This document shows, piece by piece, positions 18,771-29,373 of a stretch of 64,000 bases of DNA (the stretch's first letter is position 1; each line of letters opens with the position of its first letter). This DNA comes from the human T2T-CHM13v2.0 reference genome, Homo sapiens. The position numbers and the translations under genes were made by a program. Location: NCBI RefSeq assembly GCF_009914755.1, contig NC_060938.1. The stretch is one strand, 5' to 3'. The notes under the pieces were generated by a model. That model saw nothing but the letters and a program-made list of their open reading frames with translations. It did no database searches and was not told where the DNA came from.

Positions 18771-18884
18771 CCAAAGTTTTCTCTGGAGCACTGAACTTTC
18801 ATAAATTTTTCATTTGATAAGGCCAAACATTTTGAAAATTACACTTATTCTATAATCTCTAGGGACTATAATTGAATATGTGGA

Positions 18885-19485
18885 TGAACTTTTTTGAATG
18901 TAAACTTTATGTAAATATAATACATACTCCCCAAAATACATATAAGTGTACATGTCAAAGCATTTTCACCTATGTAACCAGTAACCAGATAAAGAAGAAA
19001 CAGAATATTACCAGAACAGGAAGACCTCTCCTCTCTCTTTACAGTCAGTCTTCACACTAACCCCCTGTCTATAAGTAGAGAATAAACTTTATCTTGGCTT
19101 CTAAAACTATGGATTAGTTTGGCCTGTCTTTGAACTTCATATAAATAGAGTCGTATGCTCTTCTTTTAGTCGGGCGTCTTTCACTCAAGGTTGTGTTTGT
19201 GAGGTTTATCCATGTAGTTGCAACTAATTCTAGTTCATTCTTTCTTATTGCTGTATATCTTTCCTACTATAGATGAAAATGTGGATTGCTTTGCATTTGA
19301 GACTATTATAAATACTGCTGCTCTAAAAAATTTTTGTTGATATCTTGGTAAACACGCATACACATTTTTACTTTACATAGATCTGAAAACAGAATTTCCT
19401 TGTCACAGAGTTTGTGCATGTTTACCTTTGATAATTTCTACCAAAGAGTTTTCCAAAGTGGTTACATGAATTTAAACTCCATTTG
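18885..19485 (-). mobile_element. Old L1M (MC/ME-like) 3' fragment
   Basis: 'ttagtttggcctgtctttgaacttcatataaatagagtc...gttttccaaagtggtt' is typical antisense L1M 3' region. Confidence 0.65.
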
Positions 19486-19933
19486 GTTGAGGGTTAATTA
19501 AGCTGCCTTTTTTTTTCTTTTTTTAGTGATACATGTTTCAGAGGGAAATTTCAAATCTAGTACTCTTAACTAATGGATATTGCCAAACTTATTATTTCTT
19601 ACAGTTTAGGAAACTAAAATGCATCTTAGCTCATTTTTCTTGCAATATATATGTTAAAAATATCTTATTGTAACATATTTTTAACACTTTAACATATTTA
19701 TTAATAAAAATGACAGTATTTTTGTCTAAATGTAGATATATTTTTAAATTTTAAAAATTGAGATATAATTTTTAGAGAAATATCTTTCTTCAAATATGAT
19801 TAAGCTAGTCATAATTTTAATGAGCTGCTTAATTTGCTTTGCCGCAATTTCTGATACAGACCAACGGTGCCATTTTTTTGCAATGGGTTCTATTTAATTC
19901 AGCCTTTTTGCTTATTGTCTTTTTAAATCTCAG

Positions 19934-20177
19934 AAGCTGTTATATAAACTCTGAGATTTTGTATTAAATAGAACAAAGATTCAGTTTACATAAATGCTTG
20001 ATTCCTGCCTGCCTGATGATCTTGCTAGGTGACACACTAAAGCCTTATGAAACTTCTACTTTGACACTCAGAGAAAGGCTTGAACAATTCTTATGGAATG
20101 ATTTTCCTGGTGAGAAATGATAAAGATATTTAAATAGATGTTGAAGAAATGAATTCTCTGCAGAAGAATACAGCTAG
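19934..20177 (+). pseudogene. Candidate exon C (244 nt) of an unidentified decayed gene, with a nested alternative 81-nt exon at 20029-20109
   Basis: Long pyrimidine tract ending aaatctcag| and strong donor TAG|gtaaga. Translation is protein-like but interrupted by stops. The inner pair cttgctag| ... CCTG|gtgaga bounds a stop-free 81-nt frame. Confidence 0.4.
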
Positions 20178-22028
20178 GTAAGAAGAATTAACTGAGTTTC
20201 TTAAAGTTTCACTTTTGACAAGGATCTCTAAAACTAGTTATTTGTTTATTACTTCGATCTAGTTATCAGGCACTGAATTTTCTCCAAATGAACCACAGTA
20301 CTACCTAAGGAACACTGGGATAGGCTTCTTTGATTCATGATCTCAGAGCCAATCAAACAGTCCAAGGAGTCAAGAATGAATAAGACCAAAGATACAAAAA
20401 GGGAAAAAAATAGAGGATTTTAAAATAGAACATTTACTTATGGCAAAAGCAAATATAGTATTAATTTCTGCATTCCTGCATCCATAAAAATCTTATCAGT
20501 TGATGATTTATCAATTATTTATTTGGCCCTTATCCTTTTTTAATGGCCTTTCTTATAATTCCTATATAAATAGATACTCAAGGAAGAGATAAAACATGGA
20601 TATGAATTATGAGGTCTCATTTATTGCCTCTTTAATTTTATTCCAAATCATATCTTCTTTGCATGCTTTGGAAGGAGATGGAATGGTGAGCATAAAGATT
20701 GTGACAAGATTTTAAAAAATGAGGAATCTGAAGAACCAGGCTGTTGCCTAACTTTTGATGGAGGCATGGTTACCACAGCTACTGAGAACCTGTTCAAAAA
20801 CTTCCTACTGCTCTATTAGATCTGTTTTGGTCCATCAGAGAAGACTGCAACTGATAGAAATGAACAGATGTGCCTAAAATATGTATCTTAGAAAAGAAAA
20901 GCCTGGTGAAGGCTCTCTAAAACTCAGCTCTAGGGACCAGAATTTGTATATGTCTGTTACTATATTCTCATCTATTTTAGATAAAACACTGAAAAATTTT
21001 ATTCTCAATCATTTAATAAGTAAATGACTTTTCTTAGTAATTAAATATTTCATCTTTAAAATTGTAAATTGTAAATATGTTAAATTTTTGTCTCATTGCA
21101 TTATTGTTCTTCAGTTAAACCTGAATCCATTCCATGATATAATTTTGGGATCTAATTAAAGATTTAAAGATATTCAGACCCCAGATTTAATACATTGTAC
21201 ATGGCAGTTTAGAAAACATATTTTGTATGCTTAATAAAGAAGGGAGACAATTGCCAACAAAAATTTTATTTTGTTAGTTTTTATTTACTTTTCTAAAAAG
21301 TGTTAGAATATTTTATGATAATTCAAGATAATGTGGCTAAAATTTTTATATTATAGTCATACTGGCATACTTAACAATATCTTTCTGCCCTCCGTGTTTT
21401 CTTGTTAATTATCACATACTTTGGCTTTAGATTAGATAAGCATCAGAAGACATAATTAATTCAAAATGAAAAAAATAATTTTTATTTTTCTGAATAAAGG
21501 ATTTGTTAAGCAATATCCAGTAAAGGAAGTTAAAAGAAGGCTTTTTGTATGTGTGCTTTGTAGACTCTTTTCAGGGAAAACTAATATGTTAAGTAGTGTG
21601 AATGAAATGTGGCCCTTGGGTTTCCACTGCTTACAAATTGGATGCAAATTATACCTAGGACACCACACTAATCTCTTCTGGGCTTCCCTGCATCTTCTTT
21701 GCTTTACTGAAAAATGCTTTCTTGTCCCTTCTACACTTTCTGTGTATGAAACCCAAAAGCTGTGGCTGAGTCTAAAACTAATTACCTCCCACTTAAAACC
21801 CCTTCCCCAAGCAAACTGAAACCAAGACAACCCTAATTCTCCATTCATTAGAAAATATGCCACACTTTTTATCTTATTTGTTTTATATTTTTTGAACTAA
21901 GAAAAACCATTTATTTATTTAGATTCTTAAGTGAGAACATATTTGGCCTTTGGATATTGTAGACAGAACCAATTTTTATATATTTCAGTACAATTGCTTT
22001 TCATGGATAAGAAGAGTAACAGGGTCAC

Positions 22029-24680
22029 TGATATAGTCTGGCTCTGTGTCCCCACCGAAATCTTATCATGAATTGTAATCGAATTATAATCCTCACATGT
22101 TGGAGAAGGGCCCTTGTGGGAGGTGATTAGATCATTGGAGTGGTCTCCCCATCCTGTTTTCATGATAGTGAGTGAGTTCTTACGGGATCTGATGGTTTTT
22201 ATAAGGGGCTTTTCCTTCTTTACTTGATACGTCTCCTTCCTGCTGCCATGTGAACAAGGACATGTTTGCTTCCCGTTCAGCCACAATTGTAAGTTTACTG
22301 AGGCTTCTGTGGAACTGTGAGTCAATTAAACCTCTTTCCTTATAAATTGCCCAGTCTTGGGCAGTTTTTTATAGCAGGATGAAACTAAACTAATACAGTT
22401 AATTGGTACCACAGAGAGTGGGGTGCTACTTTAAACATACCCAAAAATGTAGAAGTGAATTTGGAACTGGGTAGCAGGCAGAGATTAGAACATTTTGGAG
22501 GGATCAGAATTAGACAGGAAAATGTGGGAAAGTTTGGAACTTCCTAGAGACTTGAAGAGCTCAGAAGACAGCAAGATGTGGAAAAGTCTGGAACTTCCTA
22601 AAGACTTGTTAAGTGGCTTTGACCAAAATGTTGATAGGCTGAAATGGTCTCAGATGGAGACTGAGGGACTTGTTGGGAACTGGAGGTAGAGTTCACTCTT
22701 GCTATAGAAAGAGACTGGTAACATTTTGCCCCTGCCATACAGATCTGTGGCGCTTTAAACTTGAGAGAGATGATTTAGAGTATCTGGTGAAAAAATTTCT
22801 TTTTTTGTTGTTGTTGTTTCTTTTATTTTTATTGTACTTTAAGTTCTGGGGTACATTTGCAGAATGTGCAGGATTATTACATATGTATATACGTTCCATG
22901 GTGGCTTGCTGCACCCATCAACCCATTATCTACATTAGGTATTTCTCCTATGCTATCCCTCCCCTATTCTCCCAGCCCCTGACAGGCCCTGGTGTGATGT
23001 TTTCCTCCCTGTGTCCATGTGTTCTCATTGTTGAACTCCCATTTATCAGTGAGAATATGCAGTGTTTTGTTTTCTGTTCTTGTGTTAGTTTGCTGAGAAT
23101 GATGGTTTCCAGCTTCATCCATGGAAACAACCCAAATGCCCATCAATGATAGACTGGATAAAGAAAATATGGCATGTATACACCATGGAATACTATGCAG
23201 CCATAAAAAAGGATGAGTTCTGGTGGAAGAACTTTCTAAGCAGTGAAGTGTGCAAGAGGAAGTGTGGAGAATAGACATTTGGAAAATTTGCAGCCTCACA
23301 ATGTGATAGAAAGAAAAACCCATTTTCAGGGGAGAAATTCAAGCCAGCTGCAGAAATCTGCATAAGTAGCAAGGAGCTGAATGTTAGTCAACAAGACAGT
23401 GGTGAAAATGTCTCTAGGGCATGTCAGAGACCTTCACGTCAGCCCCTCTCATCACTGGCCCAGAGGCCTAGAAGGGAAAAATGGTCTTGTGGGCCGGGTC
23501 CAGGGCTCTCCTGCTCTGTGCAGCCTTGGGACATGGTGCCCTGCATTCCGGCTGCTTCAGCTTTAGCTATGGCTAAAAGTGGCCAAGGTACAGGTCAGCC
23601 ATTGCTTCAGAGGGTGCAAGCCCAAAACCTTGGCAGCTTACATGTGGTGTTGAGCCTGTGAGTACACAGAAGTCAAGAATTGAGGTTTGGAAACCTTCAC
23701 CTAGATTTCAAAGGCTGTTTGGAGGCACCTGGATATCCAGGCAGAAGTTTGCTTCAGGGGCAGAGCCCACCATCTTCCAGATTCCAAAATGGTAGATCCA
23801 TGGACAGCTTGCACTGTGCACCTGGAAAAGCCACAGGCACTCAACACCAGCCTATGAAAGGAGCCTGGAGGGAGGCTCTATCCTGAAAAGCCATAGGGGC
23901 AGAGCCCAAGGCCATGGGAACCCACCTCTTCCATCAATGTGACCTGGATGTGAGACATGGATTAAAGGAGATTATTTGAGAGCTTTAAGATTTAATTACT
24001 GCTGTGTTGGATTTCAGGCTGATATGGGCCCTGTAGCTCCTTTGTTTTGGCCAATTTCTCCCATTTGGAATGGGTGTATTTACCCAATTCCTGGACCTCC
24101 ATTTTGTTTAGGAAGTAAATAACTTGCTTTTGGTTTTACAGGCTCATAGGTGGAAGGGACTTGCCTTGTCTCAAATGAAACTATGGACTTGGACTTTTGG
24201 GTTAATGCTGATATGAGTTAATATTTTGGGGCACTATTCGGAAGGCATAATTGTGTTTTGAAATGTGAGGAAGATGAGATTTGGGAGGGGCCAGGGGCGG
24301 AATGATATGGTCTGGCTCTGTGTCCTCACCCAAAACTCATCATGAATTGTAATCTGAATTGTAATCCCCATGTGTTGGGGAAGGGACCTCGTGGGAGGTG
24401 ATTAGATCATTGGGGTGGTCCCCCTATGCTGCTGTTCTCATGATAGTGAGTGAGTTCTCATGAGATCTGATGGTTTTATAAGGGGCTTTTCTCCTTTGCT
24501 TGGCACTTCTCCTCCCTGTTGCCATGTGAAGAAGGACGTATTTGCTTCCCTTTCCACCATAATTGTAAGTTTACTGAGGCCTCCTCAGCTCTGTGGAACT
24601 GAGTCAATTAAACCTCTTTCCTTAATAAATTACCCAGTCTCTGGCAGTTCTTTATAGCAGTGTGATAATAGACAAATATA
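22029..24680 (+). mobile_element. THE1 (THE1D-like) MaLR element: LTR, internal region, LTR
   Basis: LTRs at 22029-22397 and 24303-24680 (TGATAT.GTCTGGCTCTGTGTCC...); the internal region starts gttaattggtacc and ends in the purine tract gggaggggccaggggcggaa; degenerate TSD gtcac/accac. Confidence 0.92.
22801..23220 (-). mobile_element. Short inverted (twin-primed) L1PA nested in the THE1 internal region
   Basis: Antisense 3' UTR at 22801-23123, then a sense piece at about 23122-23220; TSD tggtgaaaaaatttct (22785-22800) / tggtggaagaactttct (23221-23237). Confidence 0.88.
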
Positions 24681-25934
24681 ACCACATTTTTAAAATGAAA
24701 ACTAACATCAAAAAATAAAATGTAGCTTCTCTCTTGCCTGTAACAGACTTAATTATTAACAGGAACCTCCACTTGGCTAGACTGGTGACAGTATTGTGTG
24801 GGTGTACGTAAAATGTACTTTCCAATGACAGTTTGAAGTATCTTAGTTTCTTGGGGATTAAGCACCCTTAATTTCGTTACTCAGCTTTTTTCAGAGGGGT
24901 GGTCCAGTCTGCTCCATTCTTCCCTTGCCTTCAGATGTTGGGTCTCTGCCCGTGGCTGCTTTTCTTCCTGACTACACTCTTCTGTTTCCCCATTGGCACC
25001 TATGCATGTTCTCTAAGGCATGTGTGAGAGCTGCTGACACTCCCCTGTTATAACGGATGTGGTGGTGAGGTGACTGGAGGGTGTCTCTTATGAGCTTCTA
25101 TATTCTTTCAAGCCATATGTGGGGAAACATGCCCCTAGCTCCTGTGCTACCCTATTCCTATCTAGGTACTTCTACAGTTTGCCTCCTTCTTCACCAATGC
25201 ACATCATGTTTGAACTATGAATAAGTCATAGGGACATTGGCATGCTCTCCTTAAGTTCTCTCCATTTCTGTTACTCCTTCCAAAAGCCAAAGAGTAGAAA
25301 TGTGAGAGGATACATTGCTTTCTACTTCTTCTTCATGCCTGGTGGATCCTCAATTAACTCATAACTTCCTATTTACCTATTTGCTTTGCTCTATAGTCTT
25401 GAGCAATAATGGTGAGTTGGGGCAAGGGCCAGTAACTAGCTTGTTGATAAGGACAGTTATATTTGAAGATACTCCAATAATATTCTTCATATCAGACTAG
25501 TTTTATGTTTATGGTTACCAACTTGCCATTTTTCATCTACTGATGAATTACTAAAGTGAAAGATAAGGGAAACAGCAAACATAAATTAGACACATTTAGA
25601 ATTTTTTGTATATATGAGACTTTGTACTATCAGCTTACATGAACTTTGAATTTCGGATTTACTGCACATTTAGGAGTGAGACCAGAAAGGCTCAGAAACA
25701 GAGGAAAAGTGACATATCTATAATCTCCACAATATCTAATTTATCTTTATAATTATTATAAAACCTGTATAAGCATAATATAACAGTTCTTTAGTATAAA
25801 TACTAATCTTAACTATTTTATAGTATGCTAATGCGTATCCCTTCAGACTTTGAATATATTGTTGAAACCGAAGACTATCTAATAAAAATTTGATGTCATC
25901 TTGCAACATCAACCAGGACACAGATGACAGTGCT

Positions 25935-26090
25935 ATTTGTCATTATGATATTTCATATTTAAGCCCTACTAGCCAGGAACAAATATCCCCACTTTGCAGA
26001 GAAAATTGAGGTATAGAGAACAAGTAATTTGCTCAAGATCTCAGAGCAAAAGGTGACAGAGCTGAGATTTGGGTCCAAGGAGTGTGCTCT
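25935..26090. mobile_element. MIR SINE fragment
   Basis: 'atccccactttgcagagaaaattgaggtatagagaacaagtaatttgctcaagatc...cagagctgagattt'. Confidence 0.65.
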
Positions 26091-26243
26091 TTTGTCTTAA
26101 CTCTCTCATCACACTGTCTCTCTGTTAGGAAGAGGAATCTATGACATATGGTTGTATAGATGTGCAATTGCTCTCATTCTTGCTATATATTCTTTACCAA
26201 AATGCCAGCGACTAAGCTGATGTTAAAAATATAGCCACATAAT

Positions 26244-26270
26244 CACACACACACACACACACACACACAC
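26244..26270. repeat. (CA)n microsatellite
   Basis: About 13 CA units. Confidence 0.95.
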
Positions 26271-26751
26271 GCAAATAACAAACTCTCTTTTGAGTTTACA
26301 TAACAAAAATAAAAATAATTTAAATGATCAGTTTAAATATGTAAACACAACCTAAAAATGAAAGTTTCAAATCTTAATATTAGCCCTGTCAATAAGTCAA
26401 GGTTTCCAGAACACACTAATTTAAACAAAAAGCTTCGTACCAGTATGGTTATTATAATTCTGATAACAATATCACAATGAAGAAACAGACAGCATCCACT
26501 AAGGGATGTTTAGCAACGCACATCCTGTATTTTCCTCCTGTGTGCCTATTCTCTCTCTCACTGGTTTTTACTTTGCTTCTAAGCATAATGTGCATTTTCT
26601 TTATTTTATTTAGCATATTCGTTATTCATATTACCCAGATTAAGCCCGTTAGGACAATTAATGACTGAGAATGCTTCTCTCTGTTCTGTTCACTTATCCA
26701 TTCTAATTATACTTAAATGTGGCATTACATTTTCTTTATTTGAAACTTCAG

Positions 26752-26795
26752 AGAATAGAGACTAATGGAGCAATCAGACAAAAGGATACAAGCAG
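26752..26795 (+). other. Weak candidate exon (44 nt)
   Basis: Acceptor ttttctttatttgaaacttcag| and donor CAG|gtagaa. Its length would bridge a phase-1 exon end to the phase-0 acceptor at 27237. Confidence 0.25.
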
Positions 26796-27228
26796 GTAGA
26801 AATGAAAGATTGCCTGTCATTAATTTATGACTCTGTGAACTTATTTGTGTTCATTTTCGAGGGGAATTTGCACTAAGTGTCTTTCATCTTGTACAAAGCA
26901 GACATTAAGTGCGTGAGACGAAAACGACAGACAAAATGTGGTAATTGAACTGGCCAAGCTATGTTATCATCATTCCAAAGCCAGCTAATAGGATCCTAAT
27001 ATAAAAGGACCCAGCTGAGTGAAGACAAAAAAATGAAACTCCTGCAGCTAGTAACTTAAAAAATGTGAAAGTTTGATTCAGTTATGTAATCTCCTTAAAA
27101 CTTTAAATGAGAGAGGGCGTCACAGTTGGATGTAGGCATAGAGATTCCTAAATATTCCAGCAGAGACTATGAAAATATTAAAAGTATCTATATGACTTTT
27201 GTGCTTCCTCTTCCTAGTTTTCTTTTAG

Positions 27229-27450
27229 TTTTTCAGGATACAAAACGTCTTGCAGAACTTCAGAAACAAGAGGTTCCAGGATTCATTTTGCTCCTGAGAG
27301 AAAACGATGCCATCAGCTTAAATTTAGCAGAAATGACTAATCCAGTTGATCACACCAGTGAATTGTGAATTCAATCAAAATGGTCAAGCCGTGTATGAGA
27401 CATGCTTAAGTATTACACAGGCTTTGACCATACCAAAGGGAATACCGTAT
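27229..27450 (+). pseudogene. Candidate exon D; 3' boundary unknown
   Basis: About 40-nt pyrimidine tract with AG acceptors ending at 27217, 27228 and 27236. Frame reads (FQ)DTKRLAELQKQEVPGFILLLRENDAISLNLAEMTNPVDHTSEL*IQSKWSSRV*DMLKYYTGFDHTKGN; several CpGs are retained in otherwise CpG-poor DNA. Confidence 0.45.
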
Positions 27451-27543
27451 CACTAGTCATATTCCTTAATTTTCTGTTATAGATAAAATTATCTAAGTCT
27501 AATCTTATGGTGTTTATCCAGAGACTGTGGGCAAAAGAAATGC

Positions 27544-28062
27544 TATATATATATATAAAATATATAATAAATATATATTATATAATATATATTATATATA
27601 ATAAATATATATTATATTATATATAATATATATAATATATATTATATTATATATAATATATATAATATATATATTATATATATAATATATATAATATAAT
27701 ATATATAATATATAATATATAATACATATAATATATATAATATATAATATATAATATATATAATATATAATATATATAATATATAATATATATAATATAT
27801 AATATATATAATATATATAATATATAATATAATAAATATATATTGTAAATATATAATATATATTTAAATTTATTTAATTAATTAATTTATTTATTTAATT
27901 TAAATATATATTATATATCATATATAATATATATTTATATATATTATATATCATATATAATATATATAAATATATATCATATATAATATATATTTATAAA
28001 TATTATATATCATATATAATATATATAAATATATATATATATATGGAGAGAGAGAGAGAGAG
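27544..28062. repeat. About 500-bp AT-rich (TA/TAATA) low-complexity repeat followed by (GA)n
   Basis: Almost purely A/T, with repeated units such as tataatata and atatcatatataatatata. Confidence 0.95.
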
Positions 28063-28648
28063 ACTATATATAGGCAAATCTATGCACCTGCAATTAGATG
28101 TGCATGAGGTGCTAAAATTTCTAATTATGAGTGCCAATGGATTTTTGTAATAACCTGATAGAAATGATTCGATTTAGACCTAATTTTTAAAACTATTACC
28201 TGGAATTTATCAAATACGTAATGCATTTATTGTAATGTGTTTAGGTTTATTTCTCTAGTTCTTTGCTCTGATACTGTGTTTTAAATATGCCCTTTTCCCA
28301 TCTTTGGCAATACTGAGTGTTTAAATTTTACTTTTCAGCTTCATTATTCCCAGCTTCAATAGACATCATAATTAGCTGGAAAAAAAATGTGATTTATTTA
28401 ATTAAGGAATGTTGAAAAGTCATTGTGTAGTTGGTAATTCTTTGAAGATAAATTTATTTTGATAGATCCTAGCTCTAAAATCAATATTTAGAATGCCATA
28501 TCAAACCATAAATTTTTGGCAAACTTTATATAAAACTTTTAAAAAGTAAAGTTTTAAGGAGATTATATAACTGCCTGTTAAATAGGCAAATATTTTCTTG
28601 AATATCTACATAGTTATGACGATTGCTGTTTATATGTATTTGTTACAG

Positions 28649-28693
28649 GTTTAGGTACATCATCATATCAGAATCTCTGTTCCTTTCAAAGGG
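28649..28693 (+). other. Candidate exon E (45 nt, frame-preserving)
   Basis: Acceptor tatttgttacag| and donor GGG|gtaaga; two frames are open (LGTSSYQNLCSFQR; FRYIIISESLFLSK). Confidence 0.3.
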
Positions 28694-28946
28694 GTAAGAT
28701 GACTGCACTCATAAGTTCAGCTCACAATGTTAATGGAAGATAGGATTTCATAGTTTGCAAGAGTTAAAAATATGTAGGAACTTTACTTATAATCCCCAGC
28801 ACCTATTTAGATTCTCTGGTGGGCATCAGCTACAAAGACGTTGTCCTGCCTGGAGGAACTCACAGGCTGGCAGTGGAGATGGCAGATGGCAGAGCTCTCG
28901 TTGACAGTCTTCTTTCACTTTTTGAGTCATTTTGGAATGCAGTCAG

Positions 28947-29373
28947 TTTCATGTGCGTCCGTGTGAAGAGACCACCAAACAGGCTTTGTGTGAGCAATAA
29001 AGCTGTTTATTTCACCTGGGTGCAGGCGGGCTGAGTCCGAAAAGACAGCCAGCGAAGGGAGATACGGGTGGGGCCATTTTATAGGATTTGGGTAGGTAAA
29101 GGAAAATTACAGTCAAAGGGGGGTTGTTCTCTGGCGGGCAGAGTGGGGGTCACAAGGTGCTCAGTGGGGGAACTTTTGAGCCAGGATGAGCCAGGAGAAG
29201 GAATTTCACAAGACAATGTCATCAGTTAAGGCAGGAACAGGCCATTTTCACTTCTTTTGTGGTGGAATGTCATCAGTTAAGGCAGGAACCGGCCATCTGG
29301 ATGTGGCCATAAGGATGTGTACATGCAGCTCACAGGGGATATGATGGCTTAGCTTGGGCTCAGAGGCCTGACA
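28947..29373 (-). mobile_element. HERV-H 3' LTR (LTR7), 427 bp
   Basis: Minus strand reads TGTCAGGCCTCTGAGCCCAAGC...CATGAAA; AATAAA on - at 29006-29011; direct repeat of 34211-34619. Confidence 0.97.

Noticed and set aside
19934-20177. Selenoprotein reading of the in-frame TGAs
   Set aside because: TAA and TAG also interrupt the frame, the context is not Cys-like, and I could not identify a SECIS element.
21456-21863. Overlapping 135-aa and 117-aa ORFs in unique DNA
   Set aside because: No recognisable domain or splice context; this length is compatible with chance.
27544-28043. CRISPR-like or coding repeat array
   Set aside because: Low-complexity AT microsatellite with no unique spacers, in a eukaryotic context.
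28947-28951. LTR ending in TGAAA rather than the canonical CA
   Set aside because: Shared by both LTRs and, as I recall, normal for LTR7.
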